Source: an uncultured virus (IMG/VR IMGVR_UViG_2860823798_000002) (lineage: Duplodnaviria > Heunggongvirae > Uroviricota > Caudoviricetes). Taken from it: a DNA stretch of 64,000 bases. The notes beneath the pieces are model-generated. The model saw only the letters and a list, made by a program, of their open reading frames with translations. It was not told the origin of the DNA and did not search any database. The stretch is taken from IMG/VR virus record IMGVR_UViG_2860823798_000002; one strand, written 5' to 3'. Position 1 is the first letter of the stretch; each line of letters opens with the position of its first letter. The translations under genes were made by a program, and so were the position numbers. Below are positions 60,242 to 64,000 of this stretch, in pieces.

Positions 60242-61693
60242 ATGTCCAAAATTAAGAACGGCTCATATTTTGGAGAATGGAAAATTGATGGTTATGAAGA
60301 CACTTTAAGTGGTATTTTAAAGGTCAACCATGAAGCAAATCAGTACTGCTTAAACCTTTATAGTGATGACGCTATTTCTATTCCTTCTTATTATGTTGAT
60401 GTAATCCATGGTAAGACTCACGAGGGAAGGGCATTTACGTTTTATAAATGCTCTATAGGTGGAAGGACATCAACTTCGATTTATCATGAATATAAAAAAA
60501 AATATATCTATGAAGTTAACTTCGAGTATATCCTAGATGGGGTTACATTTTCTAATTCCGAAGATGTTTTAGTAGAAGAAGTAGACTTTAGCTTTACAAA
60601 TTTGGGGCAATGGGCATTCCAAGAAGCAGTCAAGAGAGAATTAACTGAAAATAGGAATTTTGTGATCGAAACCATTAATTTAGATGACATCATACACCAA
60701 AATGATGATTTCAAATTGAGCATAATCTATAATACATCACCTGACTATGGTTATCTATTTACTAGAATAGAAAAGATCACTACGGATGTAAGATTTAATA
60801 TAAAGTTTAATAAACCAACTTCTATACTACATGCTCATAAGTTAATTAATCAAGTGAGAGATTTTCTGACACTGTGTACAACCTTACCATCTTATGTAGA
60901 ATATATTACAGCAATCCCAGCTAACGTGAAAATAAACGGCATTAAGATACCAATTAATGTATATGGTGGATTTATAGGAATTGATAATAAAAATGATAAA
61001 GATATTGAATTAAAACGCCATGATAATTATATAAGTTTAAATAAGATAAAAAAAGATTTTGATCTATGTATGAGAAATTGGTTTGTTAAAAATGACATAC
61101 TTAAACCTGTAATCGAATTGTATTCATCAATTAATTATCATAGAACCTCATATGAACGTCACTTTTTAAACTTAGTTCAAGCGCTTGAAGCTTATCACCG
61201 CTTGACTAGAAAAAACCAGGTTCTCCCCAAAGAAGAGCATACTAACAAAATAAAAGGTATATTGGAGAATGTACCTGAGGAACATCGAGAATGGCTAAAG
61301 TTGAAATTAGCCTTCTCGAACGAACCAAGTCTACATGAAAGATTAGAAGATCTATTGACTCCTGAAACTAGATTTAAGTCAAAGGAGCAAGTAATTAGGT
61401 ATAGAGATTTATTTATTATAGGAGATCAAGAGAAAATCGACTTAATTCGTGATATTAAAAATACAAGAAATTATAATACTCATTTTGATAATAGTTTGTT
61501 GAAAAAAACCGCCAAAGGAGAAAAACTTGTACAACTAACACTTTTATTAAAAGTGTTAGTTGAATATTATCTTTTGACCGAATTAGAAATTGATGAAGAA
61601 ATTGTATTGGATTTTACCTTTGAAAAAATGCGCCGAATTTCTTGGCGAAGTGCAATTATAGAATCTTTTCAAAGCGGAGATATTGATATCTAA
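60242..61693 (+). CDS. ApeA-like HEPN-domain protein (putative anti-phage RNase)
   Basis: ApeA-type beta-rich N terminus; FLNLVQALEAYHR...SLHERL...RNYNTH (Rx4H). Confidence 0.82.
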   Translation: MSKIKNGSYFGEWKIDGYEDTLSGILKVNHEANQYCLNLYSDDAISIPSYYVDVIHGKTHEGRAFTFYKCSIGGRTSTSIYHEYKKKYIYEVNFEYILDGVTFSNSEDVLVEEVDFSFTNLGQWAFQEAVKRELTENRNFVIETINLDDIIHQNDDFKLSIIYNTSPDYGYLFTRIEKITTDVRFNIKFNKPTSILHAHKLINQVRDFLTLCTTLPSYVEYITAIPANVKINGIKIPINVYGGFIGIDNKNDKDIELKRHDNYISLNKIKKDFDLCMRNWFVKNDILKPVIELYSSINYHRTSYERHFLNLVQALEAYHRLTRKNQVLPKEEHTNKIKGILENVPEEHREWLKLKLAFSNEPSLHERLEDLLTPETRFKSKEQVIRYRDLFIIGDQEKIDLIRDIKNTRNYNTHFDNSLLKKTAKGEKLVQLTLLLKVLVEYYLLTELEIDEEIVLDFTFEKMRRISWRSAIIESFQSGDIDI

Positions 61694-62008
61694 GAGTTTA
61701 CATATATATACATTAAGAGTTTCGAAGAATTGCTTTCTAACTGCTTAACGAGTAAATTACAGAAGAACGGCAAGAATTGACTACTCTGCTTACAGAGTGT
61801 TAAGAGATGACCGACAAGTTGTTAAAGCCATCAAAGTCAACACTGAGAACTTTGATGGCTGAATTGATACCTGAGCTGATAGGGTAAAACATTGTATGAG
61901 TTATTCCTAAAAGTTAGGAAAGTAACAAAGATAGGAATTATTTTTTAGATTAAGGAATTAGAATAAAACCAGTCTTTTAAATAAGGTGAAAGGATAAGGG
62001 CAGATCGA

Positions 62009-63352
62009 ATGACTATTGCGTTGTATGAAAAAGCTAATCATTTGAAAAGACAAATGTTAAAGTATGAAAAGTTTGACGATTCAGTTAAAAAGCTAGCCTA
62101 TGAGATTTATTGTGAATTAGAGCAAAAACCTGATTATAGTAAGTCAAATAATCAAAAGGTTAAACGAGCTGAAGATGAAGAAATTAATTTAAATTTCTTT
62201 TCAAATAGAGAGCGAGTAGATTTTTTAATTGAATGGACATTAGATTTATCGCCGATCCTCAATATCATTAATGAGCACTGTGTTTTTCCTTTAGAACAGA
62301 CTTGTGATAATGACTTTGATACTTTTATAAGGAATGTTTATAATGATTATTTCTCAGAACTTCGCAAGCTGCCAGTTACAAGTACGTTTGATTCATCAAT
62401 AATTAATCAAATGGAGAAATTCGGACAAAGTATTGTTAATACAATTGAGTTGTATTTAGACGGCTCCCCCAGTGATGCATTTGGCAAGTTTAAAGAAGCG
62501 ATGAAAATACTTTCAGAAACTGTTGACATAGAAAAAGTACTTTTGCATGAAAATGATGCAATTCGTGTCCCGGAAACATTTTATAGGATGAGGATTGGCA
62601 AAAACGAATTCTTTACTAGAAAAGAGATGTTCTACATTCCATTTGAAAAAAGAGGAATTATACAAACAAATCGATATAGCATTCCAGGATTCCCCTGTCT
62701 TTATTTAGGGAGCTCGTCTCTTGTTTGCTGGGAAGAATTAGGAAGGCCTGATTTAAACACAGTCCAAACATCAGCTCTCAATTTAAAAGATTCAAAAATA
62801 AAAATAATGGATTTAAGCATATCTCCTAAAGAAGTAGCAGACCGTGTGAAAGAATTCTATGAACTAACCTATGGCGGCAAGACTAAATTTAACTTTAACG
62901 ATTTCTTTATGACTTGGGTTTTAATTGCTGCTTGTTCTGTTAAAGTGAGGCATCCAAAGAATGTATTTAAACCAGAATATATTATCCCACAGTTTTTGCT
63001 TGAGTGGATTAGGCAAAGCTCTGACTTCCGAGGAATTTGTTACTTGTCAACAAAATATAAAAGCAACTCATCAAATGACTACACTATTTATAAAAATTAT
63101 GCTTTTCCTGTTCAAACAAGAAAAAAGAAGGGGCATTGTCAAATTCTTCGAGAAGTATTTGAAATATCTGAACCTGTTCCATGGCAGACATTTCAAATTT
63201 ATAGAGGACGACCAGAAACAACTTCTTTGGGTATTTCATTTTATATTGATGAAAGTGTTCAATTGATCGACGATATTGACATTCCTTATAAAGATACAGA
63301 CTTCGGAAGTCTAGAAGAGCTTTTAAAAAGAAAATCCAAAACAATCATCTAA
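62009..63352 (+). CDS. RES-domain protein (putative NAD-consuming defence effector)
   Basis: FYRMR...NRYSIPGFPCLYLG...CWEE...EYIIPQ...GICYLS...NYAFP. Confidence 0.82.
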   Translation: MTIALYEKANHLKRQMLKYEKFDDSVKKLAYEIYCELEQKPDYSKSNNQKVKRAEDEEINLNFFSNRERVDFLIEWTLDLSPILNIINEHCVFPLEQTCDNDFDTFIRNVYNDYFSELRKLPVTSTFDSSIINQMEKFGQSIVNTIELYLDGSPSDAFGKFKEAMKILSETVDIEKVLLHENDAIRVPETFYRMRIGKNEFFTRKEMFYIPFEKRGIIQTNRYSIPGFPCLYLGSSSLVCWEELGRPDLNTVQTSALNLKDSKIKIMDLSISPKEVADRVKEFYELTYGGKTKFNFNDFFMTWVLIAACSVKVRHPKNVFKPEYIIPQFLLEWIRQSSDFRGICYLSTKYKSNSSNDYTIYKNYAFPVQTRKKKGHCQILREVFEISEPVPWQTFQIYRGRPETTSLGISFYIDESVQLIDDIDIPYKDTDFGSLEELLKRKSKTII

Positions 63353-63389
63353 GTTTAAAATAAAATGACAATTTTAAAGGGTGTTAACT

Positions 63390-63659
63390 ATGAGAGTTAA
63401 TCGAAATCCGTTAAGGGAAATAATAGGAACAATACAGGTTAAATTTTCACCTGGCGGTATTTCAATACCAATGGAAGTTTATGAATGTGGACATTATGCT
63501 CCTCCAAAACAAGACATAATAGGCGAATACAATGCGGTAAGAAGAAGATGCGCGAAATGTGGAAGTGGGAAACCTCGAAGTGGGAAACCTCCTCAACTAA
63601 CAAATTTCGAAATAAAACAAATTAAGAACGGTAAACGATTGTTGAAGATAGAAGGATAG
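63390..63659 (+). CDS. hypothetical protein with Zn ribbon
   Basis: ECGH...RCAKC. Confidence 0.65.
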   Translation: MRVNRNPLREIIGTIQVKFSPGGISIPMEVYECGHYAPPKQDIIGEYNAVRRRCAKCGSGKPRSGKPPQLTNFEIKQIKNGKRLLKIEG

Positions 63660-63674
63660 ACCGAATTTTAATAT

Positions 63675-63875
63675 GTGATGTTACGAGTAATTTTGTATGA
63701 TGGTGAGACGCTTTTAAACTCTCCTTCAATTGGGTGGAATCTCAACTCGATAGACGCTATCAATGAAACTCTAAATGATACAGGTGATTTGCATACAAAG
63801 GAAAACGGGTGGCAGCGTCTTTCTACTAATGATATTAAGACATTTCGAGAGGGGATACCTTATGTTCAAACATAA
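63675..63875 (+). CDS. hypothetical protein
   Basis: 66-aa ORF in operon. Confidence 0.5.
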   Translation: MMLRVILYDGETLLNSPSIGWNLNSIDAINETLNDTGDLHTKENGWQRLSTNDIKTFREGIPYVQT

Positions 63876-64000
63876 CGAGATTAATAAAATCAAAGAAAGT
63901 TTTGATGACTTAAAAAATTCAGATTATATACCTATTCCATTTATCGATAAACAATTAAACGAAGTAAGAAGAAAAGACGAGAATGACTTCGAAACGTTCA
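63862..64000 (+). CDS. hypothetical protein, truncated by window end
   Basis: GAGGGG RBS, MFKHNEINKIKESF... open to the end. Confidence 0.55.
   Translation, partial: MFKHNEINKIKESFDDLKNSDYIPIPFIDKQLNEVRRKDENDFETF

Larger units (their letters stand above)
1..64000. mobile_element. SPbeta-like temperate phage/prophage, internal segment (late region plus start of early region)
   Basis: Gene order lysin, tail, tape measure (SLT+M23), tail tube, capsid, portal (506 aa), terminase (589 aa), HU, YonO-type RNAP, YonT, YonV matches recalled SPbeta organisation. Confidence 0.97.

Noticed and set aside
704..63344. Many short antisense or alternate-frame ORFs inside long genes
   Set aside because: Fully overlap well-supported genes and lack RBS or motifs
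1..64000. CRISPR array, reverse transcriptase/DGR, arbitrium genes, att site
   Set aside because: No regular repeat-spacer array, RT motifs, AimR/AimP-like genes or host junction seen in this window

Overview
A contiguous 64 kb section of an SPbeta-like (Spbetavirus-type) Bacillus temperate phage or prophage. No attachment site, host gene or phage end is visible. The minus strand (1 to about 49,100) carries the late region: lysis genes, tail spike/baseplate/Dit, the tape-measure/CwlP gene, tail and head genes, portal, terminase, phosphoesterase, HU and a YonO-family single-subunit RNA polymerase. The plus strand (about 53,200 to the end) carries early/accessory genes: YonT toxin, a GIY-YIG nuclease, a YonV helicase-like protein, an ApeA/HEPN protein and a RES-domain protein. 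SPbeta gene names were assigned from recalled synteny, size and motifs, not from a database search. Main observations beyond the ORF track: (1) the tape-measure gene is split by two tandem ORF-less group I introns around a 50-nt exon, with a free-standing endonuclease cassette just upstream; (2) a 1.6 kb structured-RNA cluster holds an atypical tRNA-Trp(CCA) and a DIP1984-family gene followed by a ~200-nt closed RNA with short internal repeats; (3) a pistol ribozyme; (4) a GIY-YIG nuclease fused to a degenerate copy of the C-terminal domain of the adjacent helicase-like protein; (5) an orphan PemK/MazF-like gene followed by an independently promoted sRNA; (6) a secreted toxin/immunity/S8-protease module; (7) a TAAAA-N6-TTTTA palindrome at many accessory-gene boundaries; (8) a shared C-terminal TQxKxVDIGD tag on a head protein and the tail tube protein; (9) an RNAP with a DFDYD active-site motif; (10) a 1-nt frameshift in the major capsid gene.
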